A DNA stretch of 64,000 nt from Octopus bimaculoides (GCF_001194135.2 NC_068983.1:85554025-85618024), one strand, 5' to 3'; counted from the first letter of the stretch, positions 13,178 to 27,434 are shown. Made by a program: numbers and translations. The notes: a model not told the origin generated them from the sequence alone.

Positions 13178-13705
13178 CTGTGGTTGTGTGGTAAGGAGTT
13201 TGCTTCCCAACCACATGGTTCCGTGTTCAGTCCCTCTTGGGCAAGTGTTTTCTACAATAGCCTTGGACTGACCAAAACCTTGTGAGTGCATTTGGTAGAC
13301 GGAAGTTCAAAAAAGCTCAGAGTGTGTGTACGCGCATGCGTGTCAATCCACTCTATAGGGTGGTTGGTGTTAGGAAAGGCATCCAGCTGTAAAAAACCAT
13401 GCCAAAACAGACACAGTAGCCTGCTGTAGTCTTCTACCAAGCCAGCTCCTGCCAAACCATCCAACCCATGCCAGCATGGAAGACGTTAAATGATGATGAT
13501 CATAATATATATCTCAATGTGTTCCGTTGTGTTTGTCCTCCACCACTGCTTGACAACCAATATTGGTGTGTTTACGTCCCCGTAACTTAGCAGTTCAGCA
13601 ACAAAACCAATAGAATAAGAACCAGACTTTTTTTTTTAAGTAAGCACTGGGGCCGATTCATTGGACAAGAAATTCTTCAAGGTGGTCCCCGAGTATGATT
13701 GCAGT
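13178..13705 (+). mobile_element. SINE family A copy interrupted by an RTE-tail repeat (13352-13502)
   Basis: SINE head at 13178; insert ggttggtgttaggaaaggcatccagctg...aacccatgccagcatggaagacgttaaatgatgatgat; SINE 3' half resumes at about 13520. Confidence 0.8.
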
Positions 13706-16443
13706 CTATTGAATTTGTTGTTTCAACTTAACAAAACTATTGCATACAAACAGGTGGTACAGTAACAATCACTGATAATCTGACAAACAAATCTACTGAT
13801 CCTGGTTTACAGAGAACAATGAATATATTCTATCTCATCAAAATATCTCCCCTCACATTCATATGAAATTTTCCCTTCTGTCCAATTCTCTGTATCACTT
13901 CACCTATATCCATTCACCACCTTCACTGTACCATGTATGTTCTGACTCATATTCACAATTTCTCTCCCAATCTCTCCATCCCTACCTCTCTCTAAGTCAC
14001 TCACTCTCTCTCTCTCTCTGTCTCTCTTCTTCTCCAACAGGAGTATCCTTGTACTTCTACAGGAAGACACCTATCTCTATCCCTCTAATATTCTTTTAAC
14101 CTTTCATCAACTAGCACGAAACCACCTTCCTCAATAGTACAACCCCCACCCCTACCCCACCCCTCAGTTGAAGGGACTATCNNNNNNNNNNNNNNNNNNN
14201 NNNNNNNNNNNNNNNNNNNNNNNNNNNNNNNNNNNNNNNNNNNNNNNNNNNNNNNNNNNNNNNNNNNNNNNNNNNNNNNNNNNNNNNNNNNNNNNNNNNN
14301 NNNNNNNNNNNNNNNNNNNNNNNNNNNNNNNNNNNNNNNNCGTGCGTGCGTGCGTGTGCATGCACATGCACGCACACTATCGGTATGGGATAAAACTTGG
14401 GTAGAAAGAATAAGAGAAAAGTGTTTTATGTTACCAGTAGATATTTTTTCTCAAGGATTTGGAAATAATGAAATGCAAATATTACAATCTATGCTTCCAG
14501 TTACACAATGGATTCAGTAACAGATATATGGATAGTATTTGATTTTGTTTATGATATGGGTATGATATTCATTTTGGAAAATGATCTTGGATCAATCATT
14601 TGTTTTTAGAAAACAATTCTCTTATGTGCCATTCATATATATTTAGGCAGTTCACATTTTTTAAGACAACATTGATTGAAACTAGAACAAAAAAAAAAGA
14701 TGTGCTGTTAAAATAGATTTCAACAAAACAGAAGACAGGAACAGTCAGGTGTATCCCTAATACACAAATTGCTATAAGGAATACAAACTAAGAAACTAAG
14801 GCTCTATTTCAAAGTAAATTTCATCTAATGTTCTATTAAAATGCTAATTTCAAATGAAAATGGTTTGAAACACATTTTCCTTGCTAATATATGTCCTCTT
14901 ATTCCTGTTTGTCTTGTTTTTCCTTCTTAATAAATTCAAATGAGTATAAGATGATACAATAAATATAAATTTCAGAAACATTTTCCCTTAAGAAATAGAG
15001 CTAAAAATGATGATACCATATGGCATAGATTAATTGAGGGATATGCTTCACTACTTCAACCATAAATCAATTTCTAATGATTTATGATAACATAATACAT
15101 GATATAAACAGTTAACGCAAACAAAATATAGCTCATATATGAGATTTTAAACCCAATATTTTCTCTAAATCAACATGTCATTAATTTCTTCGTAGGTTTC
15201 ATAAATTGCAAAATCTATATAAAAAGTACTTCTATTCAAAAATTTGTTTATATATTCCTTCTTTCCCCCATCCTATTAAGAGTTAAATAAATATGAAACT
15301 TGAGTGTTTACAATTAATGCTTAAAACAAATTGTTACAAGACGTCTTTAATGTTCCTAATATCAGTGAATCCCATCAGAGACTTCCACATTATTCATCAA
15401 TGGAAACTTTATAACAAATACCTGGCAATCCTAAATACAATTCTCAATGGAATGCCATCCTTTATATCTAGGATGGTACATTTCCGACAGGCACTCAAAA
15501 CAAAGCCATATATTAAGTTAATAAAATGTAAACTTCTAATCTGTGGTTCACCATCATACAGTATTGTCTCACTATCATCATGATTTTCTTGCTGGCATGG
15601 GTTGGATGGGTCAAAACAGCATCGCACCATGATTTAAATCGACAAACATGAAGACCCTCTCTTAAAAAAAATACAAGTGAAATTTTATTGTCCCCTATTC
15701 CTTGTTAATGAAAAAACAAAGAGCTTGCATCCATCTAATTCTTTCTTTATCATGGCATTAAACAAATTTAAAAGTTCTAAGCTCAATATACACGACTGAA
15801 AGTAACATATACACAAAAATCCTCACAACTCCCCCTCCCCATGATAAACACCGCTCTAGAACACGTAGCAGCATAAAAAGTAGGCCAACTTCCTAGTGAA
15901 TGTCTTTATAAACATGAGAATTTGGTCAAGAGCTAAATTTTATAAGCTAGTGTATAGCAAAAGAAAGATAACTAATTTACTATTGGTGCATATTTTATAA
16001 GATATTGTATCTATACAACAACTTATAAACCTTGATCAAAGTAAAACCATTACAAGATCTGTAACTATCAAAGAAAGAAAATTCTGAAAAGATCATGTAT
16101 TTTATGTTGTGTTCTAAAGCGTGGCACATAATTTCATGTTACTCAGTAGTAAATGGGTACCAACAAGCTACTAATGCAGCCCTCTCTCCCTCCAGCTTAT
16201 GGCTAAGTTTTTGGATACAAATGCTCAATATTCTGCAAGATTGAGGGTGGGAGAGCTGACAGGGTGTCTATGCCATTGTGATAACACAGGCAAAGCCACT
16301 TGTAGGTATTGGCTAAGTTTTGTGACACACTCAAGTGAGAGTTAGAGTCAAGGACAGAATCTGGCCATAGGAAATCTAAATCTGCCTTGACAAATTTTGA
16401 CTAATTCATACATGTATGGAAAAGTAGATGTTAAAACAACAAT

Positions 16444-16485
<42 letters not shown>

Positions 16486-16782
16486 AGTGTGATGCTCCAG
16501 CAAGGCCATAGTCAAATGACTACAACAAGAATATACATTATATATATATATTACACACAAACACATATACAGATATCCTAACATTATGTAAACTTTGTGG
16601 TCATAAAAATCTTGTGGGTTCTGTAAATTTAATTGTTTGACTTGCTTGTACCATGAGTGTCTGTGAGAATAGGTTTCGCTTATCAGAACTCAATATTTTG
16701 ACAAGATTTCCAAAAGTGCATTGCATCCTGAGACAAGGAATGTTTATGTGTGTGTGTTTCTGCCCATACAAACAAACAATAT

Positions 16783-17630
16783 ATCGTCGTCGTTTAACGT
16801 CCGCTTTCCATGCTAGCATGGGTTGGCCGATTTGACTGAGGACTGGTGAAACCAGATGGCTACACCAGGCTCCAATCTGATTTGGCAGAGTTTCTACAGC
16901 TGGATGCCCTTCCTAACGCCAACTACTCAGAGAGTGTAGTGGGTGCTTTTACGTGTCACCCGCACAAAAGCCAGTCAGGCGGTACTGGCAACGGCCACGC
17001 TCATCTCGCTCGAGAAACCTCATGTGTCACCCGCACAAGAGCCAGCCCAGGGGCACTGGCAACGATCCCGCTCGAAAGATTTCATGTGTCGCCCGCACAT
17101 GAGCCAGTCCAGGGGCACCGGCAACGATCTCCTCGAAAAAACCTCGTGTCACCCGCACGAGAGCCGGCCCAGGGGCACCGGCATCGATCTCGCTCGGTGG
17201 TTGGCGTTAGGAAGGGCATCCAGCTGTAGAAACTCTGCCAAATTAGATTGGAGCTTGGTGTTGCCATCCGGTTTCACCAGTCCTCAGTCAAATCGTCCAA
17301 CCCATGNNNNNNNNNNGCACATGAGCTAGTCCAGGGGCACTGGCAACGATCCCGCTCGAAAGATTTCATGTGTCGCCCGCACATGAGCCAGTCCAGGGGC
17401 ACCGGCAACGATCTCCTCGAAAAAACCTCGTGTCACCCGCACGAGAGCCGGCCCAGGGGCACCGGCATCGATCTCGCTCGGTGGTTGGCGTTAGGAAGGG
17501 CATCCAGCTGTAGAAACTCTGCCAAATTAGATTGGAGCTTGGTGTTGCCATCCGGTTTCACCAGTCCTCAGTCAAATCGTCCAACCCATGCTAGCATGGA
17601 AAGCGGACGTTAAACGATGATGATGATGAT
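16783..17630. mobile_element. Inverted pair of young RTE-type 3' tail repeats around an approximately 60-bp GC-rich tandem array
   Basis: Left arm 16783-16923 is the reverse complement of 17480-17630 (and of 17196-17306). Four units tgtcacccgcac..gagccag.ccaggggcac.ggcaacgatc lie at 16952-17195. Confidence 0.9.
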
Positions 17631-19494
17631 ATATATATATATAGTCCCTAGTAAACAGATTGAAATTAAGAAATCCACTGGCTGTATACCAATCTTCTTA
17701 TATTTTTAATTTAGGTAGTATAAGCAGAAGCCCGTTTGCCAAATATGAAAAGGTTACTCTGACAATCTGAAAGCACACTCATCAATTCAATATAAATACA
17801 ATGAACTGCAAGTGTATACTGCAAGAAGTAACAGACTTCACATCAATCAAGCCAGTATTTCCCTGGAAGTGAATTTTTATTTTTATTTTACAACTGCAAA
17901 TGGTCAGAAGGAACTGTTCCCATACTGCTAATTGAGTGGGTGCAAATGGTATGGGGGTCCATAGCAATACACAAACACAGTGAAAGCCCAGAATTGTAAC
18001 CCAATAAGTCTTTCATGTGCTGCCCAAATATAGAAAATGTAAATCAGCCAACCCCAATGGAGTTCTCAGACAACAGTAAACTTCAAAAAATGAAAAGCTC
18101 CAATGTAAACTGAAACAGAATATTAAGCCAAATCAATTACCACAAAAAATCAGCTGAATCATAACAGGGTTACTCTGCAGTATTTCACTCAAAAAGAGAA
18201 TATCCTGAAAACCTATTTTATGCTGAAATTATCAATAAATGTCCCCAAAAATGATAAATCTTTACACACATTCATAAGAATAAGGTTGACAGAGAAGCAT
18301 AGATTGATAGAAGCAACTTATATTTCTCCATCAAGAACCAAAAGAAACAGTCATGAAGAATATTTCAGGATTAAACTTGGGTGCAGAAGATGGGAATTTT
18401 TTTTTACAAAGATTCTGGTGCATAGTTGTGTGGCTGAGAAGTTTGCCTCTGAGCTACATGGTCTTGGGTTCAATCCCACTGCATGGTAATTTTGGCAAGT
18501 GTCTTCAAATAAAGCCTTGTGAATGGATTTAATAAATGGAAACTGAAAGAAGCTTGTGTGTGTGTGTGCATGCAGACGTATGTATGTGCGCACACACACA
18601 CACACACACACACACGTATCTATGTGTGAGCATGTTTATGCTTGTGTCTCTATTTTGACGTGTGGTTGTTGTAAATGAACATCATTCATTTCCGATATTC
18701 TACGGAAAAATATCATCTTGCCTGGAATCAAGTAAGGGTTGGCAATTGTCTGGCCCATGCAAGCATGAAGAAATGGACATTAAAACAATGATGATGATGA
18801 TGACGACAACGAGACACACTTGCTCAGATTCAATTACTAAACTCCTAGCTATATGGCTACAACTTCAACTCTTACTGTAGTTATTATGTAAGACCCATTT
18901 CTGCTGCAGTTAAATTGACCAATGAAAAATAGGATCCATTCTTGCTTCACAGTTGAAGGACCAACAATTAGAACAATACCCAGATGAATATAAAGCAACA
19001 AACATAAAATGTCCTCAGGAAACACAAAAACATGTAGAAAAAATATTACTAGAAATCTAGAAATTTCTTTTTTTTTTTTTCAAGTTTAATATATTTGATA
19101 TTGTAAATGCTAGCTGTCTAACTTGTAAACTTATACCAAAAAAAAAAAAGGGTATGTATATGATTAAATAGCAAGAAAAGAAAATTCATAAATAGGAGGT
19201 GTTAGGAAGGGCTTTCAGCTGTAAAAACCATGCCAAAACAGATACAGTAGCCTGGTGTAGCCTTCTACCTGGCTGGCTCCTGTCAAACCATCCAACCCAT
19301 GCCAGTATGGAAGACAGGTGTTAAAATGATGATGGTTGAGTTGCTAGTGTCTAGAAAAGAATCCTTCTAATAAATTATCAGCAGTTAGTGACTATATTCC
19401 ATGCTGGTATGGGTTGGACATTTTGATAGGATCTCACAGATCAGAGGACTATGCTGGGCTCCAATGTCTGCTTTGGTTTGGTTTCTATGGCTGA

Positions 19495-19580
19495 AAGCTC
19501 CTCCTAATGCCAGCCACTTTACAGTGTGTAAATAATCAAGCTCCTCCTAATGCCAGCCACTTTACAGTGTGTAAATAATC
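19495..19580. repeat. Perfect 43-bp tandem duplication
   Basis: aagctcctcctaatgccagccactttacagtgtgtaaataatc x2. Confidence 0.95.
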
Positions 19581-20200
19581 AATGTCAATTAGTGAATTAT
19601 TTATAAAGAAATAACAACTTAGAGTATCTTCATTGCAATATGCAAAAACAACAATGCCATCATCTTCTACATGTCCATTGATGCTGTTTCATTCAAATCT
19701 ACCACTCTTGAAAGAATGCCTTTCAAAAATGATGAAAATTATAAAGCGTGTGTTGAAAAGCAACCCACACACAAATATATAATAGGTAATACAAAGATTA
19801 CAAAATTAGACAAACATAAATCAAATTCTAAGGTATTAAAGGAATCTACACTTCAAAGTGAGAGACAGTCGAAGAACATCCTGGAATAATCCCATTTTCC
19901 ATTAGAAGAAAAAGGCTTAGATCCACAGTAAAATCCATTTCTAAGGAGTTCATGCTGAAGATATTGTACATTAAGCAATTCCAAGCAAACATGCAATGAG
20001 ACAGAGTTCAACAGACTTAACTATGCTATTACAGAAAACAATTATTCGGTTTTTTTAAAACATTCTTTCCTTGTTATTATGGGTAAGGATTTTTCTTTTT
20101 TTGTTTTCTAACATACATTTCTAAAATTTTTTCTATCATTTTTACATCCACTTCATAATAAAAGAAAAAGTATCAACATGAAATTTTCAAATTATTTAGT

Positions 20201-20380
20201 CCTTTAACATTTAAACCAGCCATATCCAGCTCAAATATTTTACCCATTGTATGTTTAAACTGACCAGATCTGGCGTTTCACACCTACCCTACAATGTCAT
20301 TCTCAAAATTAATCAATCACACCATCAAAACCTTGAAAAGCATTACACTTGACAGAGTAATCTGAATGCTAAGTGGTTAA
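20201..20380. mobile_element. MITE family 1 copy
   Basis: cctttaacatttaaaccagccatatcc ... aatgctaagtggttaa. Confidence 0.8.
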
Positions 20381-21767
20381 GGAAACATTTTAGGAAATAT
20401 AGCCAACAGAGAGATACTTTACCAGCAGTTGTTACTTTGATATATTCCAATGGAGTGCTACTTATGTTTGGGTAGAAAAGACTGAAGCCATCTCAAAACG
20501 TCTTCAAAGATGACAATGTAACATTATCTGAGCTGATGCTACTTGAAAATAATTGCAGAGTTGACATAACTAATGTGGAGATGCTAGTCAATATCTCAGA
20601 GATAAGTTACAAATTTCAACCATCAGCTCATTGTTAAGGCTTCTAACAACAACACATCTATGCAGTAGTTTCAATTCACTACATCCAATAAAGTGGTTTG
20701 ATTCCAAGCCACTCACATTAGTAAAATAAGAAAAGTTTCCTTTTATGCCCTAGGCATGGTTGTGCTGTAAGATAGTTGTTCCCCAAGCACATTGTTTCAG
20801 GTTCAATCTCACTGCATGGCACCTTGGGTAAGTGTCACTCAAGCTGATCAAAGCCTTATGAGTGGATTTGGTAGACAGAAATAGGAAGAAGCCAATTACA
20901 TTATGTATTTTTGTCCCCACCACTACATGATAACTGGTGTTGGTTTCTTTGCAGTTAAACAAAAGAGGTTAAAAGAATAACTAAACCCTTCAAGATAATG
21001 CTCCAGTATGGCTACAGTCCAGTGACTGAAACAACCAAAAAAAAAAAAGGTAGAAGAACCAACATTTTAATTTCTATTTTATTTTCTTTATTTTTTTTTT
21101 TTCTTTTCAACCATAATCCACTATCATATTTCTTACTACAATCTAGGAAACAGATCTTTTCAACTGATATGATAAGTGTTTGTTACATTTTAAGAGTTCT
21201 TCAAAATTCGTCAAACTGATCATTAACGACTGAAAGCTAAACAATCATACATAAAAAAGTTGTTTTTATTTTTAAATGTAGTACTCACCAATTCCAGCAT
21301 ATTTGATAAAAGATGTCCTTCCATGCAATAAATGCTACCCATAGTATAACTATCACAGACTATAAATCACTGCAAGTAAAAATGAAAACTCAATTAAAAA
21401 AAAGTCAAATAAAAATCAATAACAAAGTATTTAGTACCCTACCCCGCCTACATATACAAGTGTGTGTGAATTTTTCAAATATCTATTAAAGAAACAAATG
21501 TACACACACATACACACACACATGTATACATATGTACACACACACCTAGAAATTAAATTATGAAAGCTCAATGTCAAACCTAGAACAAAAATGTGCATGA
21601 TGACTGAAAATTTAAAAAAATCTTCACAAATTTTTCAAACTTTTTTTTTTTTGGATATATGCTCTTTCTATATTAAAAACATGGGTTGACAATTGTTTCT
21701 GCATAAGAGACTGTATGCCTCCAATAATTTGGGTAATTTTTACTCATTTCAAATAGTCATTGATTTG

Positions 21768-22142
21768 TTACCTCCGCCAAGGAAGGAGATTGTTTACATT
21801 GGCGTTGGTTTGTCCGTCTGTGTGCAAAATAACTCAAAAAGTTGTGAATGGTATTTGACGAAACTAGCAGGAAAAGTTGGTAATGACACAAGGAACAGAT
21901 GATGAAATTTTGGTAGTGATCTGGGAATTTTTATGGATTCTTGAAGGATTTTTCATTTGTTATATTTATTTTACATGAAGTATTACAATGTTACGTTCTT
22001 TGATTATCTCCCTTCAAAACACATTCATTGCTTGCACGTAACCTATGGTGGTGGTGTTGTTTCCAAAGTTTATTTTCGTTTCTCTATTAGTAATTTTACT
22101 CGCGTATCTATCTTAAAATGAGCTGCTTGGTGGAGGTCTGCG
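21768..22142 (+). mobile_element. Non-autonomous element with Helentron-associated (HINE/DINE-like) architecture
   Basis: 5' ttacctccgccaagg and 3' subterminal IR cttggtggaggt (22126-22137). A second, orphan 3' end with stem-loop ttggcagaggtctccgctctctgagtgcttttctag lies at 23323-23360. Confidence 0.6.
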
Positions 22143-22630
22143 AAGAATGACATGACAAGCCTTGACTATTGGGATCGACGCAAAAAGCTCAGGCCTTGCT
22201 CCCTCCACCGCCACTGTGAGCTCTATATCATCTGTATGATGTGGAAAATATTCCCTCAACATTGCCCGTCTTTAAGATTCGTCCAAGGCTTGGCCCCCAT
22301 GCCATCCATCCACTACAGAAATGTTCATGTCGTATCACAATACTATGACAGAACTATTTCCCCTCAATTGGCCCTGCTCTCTTCAACATCGTGCCAGACA
22401 CACATAAAAAGGAGGAAAGTGACTTCACGGCACTCAAATGATCCCTAGATGATTACCTACAACAAATACCGGATAAATCACCCACAGCCAGATATGTCTC
22501 TGAAAACAATAACCCTCTGCTTAAATGGACTATGGTTCCCCAGAGCTGAGTGTGTATCTCTTCCAGGTGGTACTATTAAATTAGACATGGCCTGAGTCAA
22601 CTTCGGCCAAAGCTTATCTAAGTAATCTAG
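22143..22630 (+). mobile_element. 5'-truncated CR1-clade LINE 3' end
   Basis: MTSLDYWDRRKKLRPCSLHRHCELYIICMMWKI resembles CR1 L.YW.RLK.L.LYSL.RRRERY.II..WKI; a second frame reads SIGPALFNIVP...LDDYLQQIPD; tail tatctaagtaatct. Confidence 0.8.
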
Positions 22631-22934
22631 TCTATGCTGTAACCTTTTAATCAAAGCATGACAACATGGGTAGAGGCTGATATCTTAACATTTCTGATGG
22701 TCTTAAGTATAAAAAAAATTATTAAAGATTTATATAGAACTACATTCAGAGTATATCTATAAGCTATTGTGTTTAGACCTGGTTTCTATCTTCAAACTGT
22801 TCCATTTTGTAGATGCAACTTTTTTTTCTTTTTTTTTTTATAAAGCACTCTGAAATTAAAAAAATTAAAAATCTGCAACAATCTCGGTCCCATTAGTATC
22901 AGATAATGGATTTTCAACTGTGTAAAGAAACTGA

Positions 22935-23320
22935 TTGTGGTGATTGTAGTTTTGATGGTGATTGTGGTGAAAGCAGAGACAGATGATGACGATGGTCGAG
23001 ATAAGTATGGGAGGAGGATGAAATGGTATCGGTGGTTATAATGGCAACAGGAGCGGTGTGATGTGTGATGTTAAGGTGATGGTGGTAATAGTGGTGTTGA
23101 TGATAGTATTAGTTGTGTGATGGTGGTATTGTAGTGGTGATATTGGTTGTGGTGGTGAAAGTGACTGTCAAGGTAACCATCATGATAACGTTGATGGCAG
23201 TGTATGTGGTCGAAGTGGAAGCAATGACAATGCTGCTGGTGATGGTGGTAGAATAGTTATGGTGGTGATAGTGGTGGTGCTGGTCATGTTGGTGGTCGTC
23301 ATCGTAATGCTGCTCCTGCT
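22935..23320. repeat. Degenerate (GGT/GAT)n tract
   Basis: Direct reading; source of the His/Thr-rich ORF 23109-23381. Confidence 0.85.
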
Positions 23321-24593
23321 GGTTTGGCAGAGGTCTCCGCTCTCTGAGTGCTTTTCTAGTTATCATTATCCTTATTATCATTGTTGTTCACAACTATATT
23401 CATTCATACACATTGGGTAAACCTCAAGTACTATTAGAAATGTGATCAGTGTATTTATTTTGCCAAATGCAAATTAGATATGACTTGCCAACTACTTCTT
23501 AAAATTTTGCTTTTAAACAATCTTACAGCATCACCCCCACCCCCACCCCAGCCAGTGCATATCGAATGAACAAATTTCAATAACATTACATATGAACCAA
23601 AATGGCCAAGTAGATAACAAGTTCAAATCTGCTGCTTGCGTTTCATTGTGTTTGTGACCAGAACACATTATTCTACATTACCTCTGTTATCTCTGTTCAT
23701 TTTTTGGCATTTCCATCACCCTCACATACTTCTGACTCCATCCCTGGCACTGTACATCTCTCTCTTGCCCCCCACTCTCCACACACATTACATCATCTTT
23801 TCTGCCACCTATTACCTTTCTGACCCACACCTACTCCCTCCACATTCCCCACCAACTCACATTCATAACTGACCACGTTTCCACCCATGATCATCACTCA
23901 CTGCATTTCCCTCCACCTGCCACTCTCCTCTCACACTGCTGTAGACGTACCCAGTCACTTATATTCACCTTCCTGTAACTGAAGGGTATACTCTGGCACA
24001 TCTTCACCACCATCCTCTTTTTTTCTTCTTGAGGTAACCATGTAACTTCCTGTTCTTCTCCCTCTGTAGATACCTATTCCTCTCCTATTATACTTTCACT
24101 TCTCAACATCTGGCACAAAGCCACCACTATCAGTACTATAGTTGAGAGGTCTCGCAAGTTACCCACTAGTGCCAGTACCATATAAAAAAAAACCACCTGG
24201 TACACACTGAAATGGTTGGCATTAGGAAGAATATCCAGCTACAAAAAAAAAAAAAATGCTAAAGCAGATATTTCAGTGTTGTCCTCTGGCTCACCAGCCC
24301 CTGTCAAACCATCTGTGCCAGCACAGGAAAAGGATAGATGATGATGATGATGATGGTGGTGGTGATGGTGGTGGTGACCTTCATTTGTGTAGGTTGTAAG
24401 GAATAGTACAAAATCTTTTAGGAATGTAACAGACTTTCTTCCAATGGGAGGTGAAGATATATATTTCTCACTGACTACTTACCAGCAAACAAGAGCTAAC
24501 AACTAGTTTTCTATGGATTTCTCTGAATTGAGGAGACATTCAGAGCAGATAGACACTGTAGGAGCTTCCCTCAATCAAAATTTCATTTTCTGG

Positions 24594-25172
24594 ATGACAT
24601 CCTGAGATAAGTAGATTAATATACTGATAGGACTACCAAGAGAGCCACTACATGGTCACTTAACTTGTAAGAAATAGCATTGAAATTTGTCAGATTACAC
24701 CATATCATATTAAATAGTGGTTACCTGATATAAAAAAAAAAGATTGGAAACAGAAGTTGATTTATTTATGGTTTCATATTAAAATATGTCACGCACAAAA
24801 TGACAGCTTCCAAATCCTGTTTTTCGACTGGATGAAAATTATCAAACTTAAAATTTTTTAATTCTCTGGAGAAAGTCAAATATCTCCTGAGCTTCAGCTT
24901 GGAAAATTACATTAATGTACCAAATTTTAAAATTTTCAATAAACTTTGAATTTTATAAAACTGGCAGCCAAACTGAAAAGATCCAAATTGCATTTATTTT
25001 CTCAATGACATCCTGGGATAAGTAGATTAATATACTTTACACAATTCTGATAGGAGTTGCCAAGAGAGCCACTACATGGTCACTTAACTTGCAAGAAATA
25101 GCAATCAAATTTCTGTCAAATTACACCATATCATATTAAATAATAGTCGCCTGATATATAAAAAAAGATTGT
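24594..25172 (+). repeat. Local about 155-bp direct duplication, period 411 bp
   Basis: atgacatcctg.gataagtagattaatatact...ccaagagagccactacatggtcacttaacttg...ttacaccatatcatattaaata at 24594 and 25005. Confidence 0.85.
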
Positions 25173-27434
25173 GTGGTCATGGCTGGAATACTGTGATCAA
25201 AGGTCAGCTTGACCAGAGCTAATTAGGAGCTAAATACCACCTCCTCCCATTCAAACAGAGAGCCATTGAGAAAAAGAGAAACTATACATAGTTGCTTGGC
25301 CTAGTGAAAATAACAAGCAAATTTCTTGCAAATCACTTTACAATCTTAAAAAAAAAGATATATTTCCATAGAATGGTCCTAGACTCTCCTTGTCTGAATA
25401 AAAGACAACATGGTTACAAATGAAGAATATGATTATAAATCTGTTTGATCAGGGTTGGCCTGGGACACTAAAGACTAATAACAACAACAACAGCCCTTAT
25501 TGGATCAAGATTTTAAAGTCATGATCTTGCAGACTGTATTCCAATACCTTAATCCCAGACAAAGCTTTCAACTATTGTTGTCAAACATTTGTCAGAAAGA
25601 AAGAAAGCAAGAAGGAAGGCAACAGAGAGAAAGATTGCATAAAATAGCAAAGGGAGAATTCACAGCTCACAAATACAAAAGGAAAAATGATGTAATATGT
25701 AGAAGACAGCAAATAATAGGGTGGTGGGAAAAGGGACAGCCACTAGATATCAGTGTCTAGAGTAGATTACTTAATATGCTAAGCTACCAACAGAATATGA
25801 ATGTCTGGCTAAAAGGAAATGAAATATCCAAAGTTGGAATGTCTTGAAAATAATAAGAAAAGGAAAAAATTCAAATTCATATGTCATTCCCAGTAACACA
25901 GGCAGGATATGACATAACCTATAACCATCAAAATAACACATATCTCTTACTACCATGTTCACACACACACAAACACATATACACACATACATTACATTTG
26001 CGTGTGTAAACACAAGAGGATACACACACATATTTACATGTTTGTTATCAGCGTATTCATATATGTGCACATATAGAAGTGTGTGTGTGTGTGTGCCACC
26101 TATCTTAAAATTGAAAAAAATATACTAAAAACATTAAATAGTCATTTATTGGAAACTTTTGGGGGTTTTTTTCTCATTTTTAAAGTAGATTTCCACTTTA
26201 ACTAGAACACAATAAAATCATTAAACAGTTTGACAAATGAAATTAAACAAGAGTATTATATAATCCAAACAGAACCACAAAAAAAAAAAGAGAAAAGGTT
26301 GAACAGTTACAATAGAAAACTTCCATTCTATCTAATGTCTAATATTTAATAACCAAGAAATACAATTACATTGTGAGTTTTGAAGTATGAAATTTTTTTT
26401 TAAATAATAATATATAAAAATAATTAATTTTTGACCTGTTAGTTGATTTCTTCTATGGATGTCAGTTAATACAATAATAATTTGAAATAAAATTCTTCTG
26501 AATTTGCTCATACTTCAGAGTGAAAATTGTCTAAGGTTGTGACCAATTAGGCCAACAAGCTAAAGGACTGATAACTTCATAGCCACTCTGGATGCAATGC
26601 TGTTGAGCCCCAGGTCAACTCTGATCAAACAGACCTGTGATCAAAAGAATTCCAGTTACGACCATATCTTAATATAGTCTGTAAGATTATATTATCTAAT
26701 GTGTCCTTCACCAAAACAGAAGCATGGAATTTGAAAGAGATTTGGCTAACCATGAAGAGGGATCCCAAACTCAATAAGTATTTTGTTGTAACCTGGAGTA
26801 TGAAACAAGCACTTGCAATAAGTCTTTATATTTCATCTACCACCCCTTCCTTTCTCATTCATATGTTGTGACAGAGAAAAACACAAGTGTATTATTATAG
26901 TAGAATAATAGCCTGGACTGCGATTACCAGCATGAACGTCAGGCTTCAAAAAGTAGTTTACCATTTAATCGTTTTAGTAAATTTATACAGGAAAAAAAAG
27001 CATTATATTGTCCATCAAAAATAAAAGTAAACTTCATTATATTTAAGCCCTTATTTTTTTCTGTAAAAACCTATTCTGACATCAAATGAATCAACTTCCG
27101 GTATGAATGTTCAAATTTTGTATGACTTTTTTCAACAAAGAAATTTCAAAAAAAATTCTAGAAACAATCTACTGATGTAATTTACACACCAACTAAAGTT
27201 TATTTTTATTTTTGTGAGAAAAAAAAAATGCATAAATTACATGGGTTTTTATTGTAGTATTAAAGCTAACAGCAGAGTTATAAAAGTAACAAGCAGTTAT
27301 GTTTGACTGGACAAAAGACAAAGTTTGCCACCCACAGACAGTCTTCTACGAATTTCTTTAACTCAATATCGTATACAAAGTTTGAGTCAACTCAAGCTTG
27401 TGGTAGAAGACACTTAGCCAATGTGCTGTGTAGT

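Noticed and set aside
17317-17590. 284-bp tandem duplication, and ORFs 16846-17613
   Set aside because: The duplicate starts right after a 10-N gap and is almost identical, so it is likely a contig or haplotype overlap; the same pattern occurs at 54490-54578. The ORFs are by-products of GC-rich repeats.
20410-20560. In-frame TGA codons in several exon-like segments (also about 19700 and 35030), suggesting a selenoprotein
   Set aside because: No SECIS or homology seen; TGA is frequent in AT-rich DNA.
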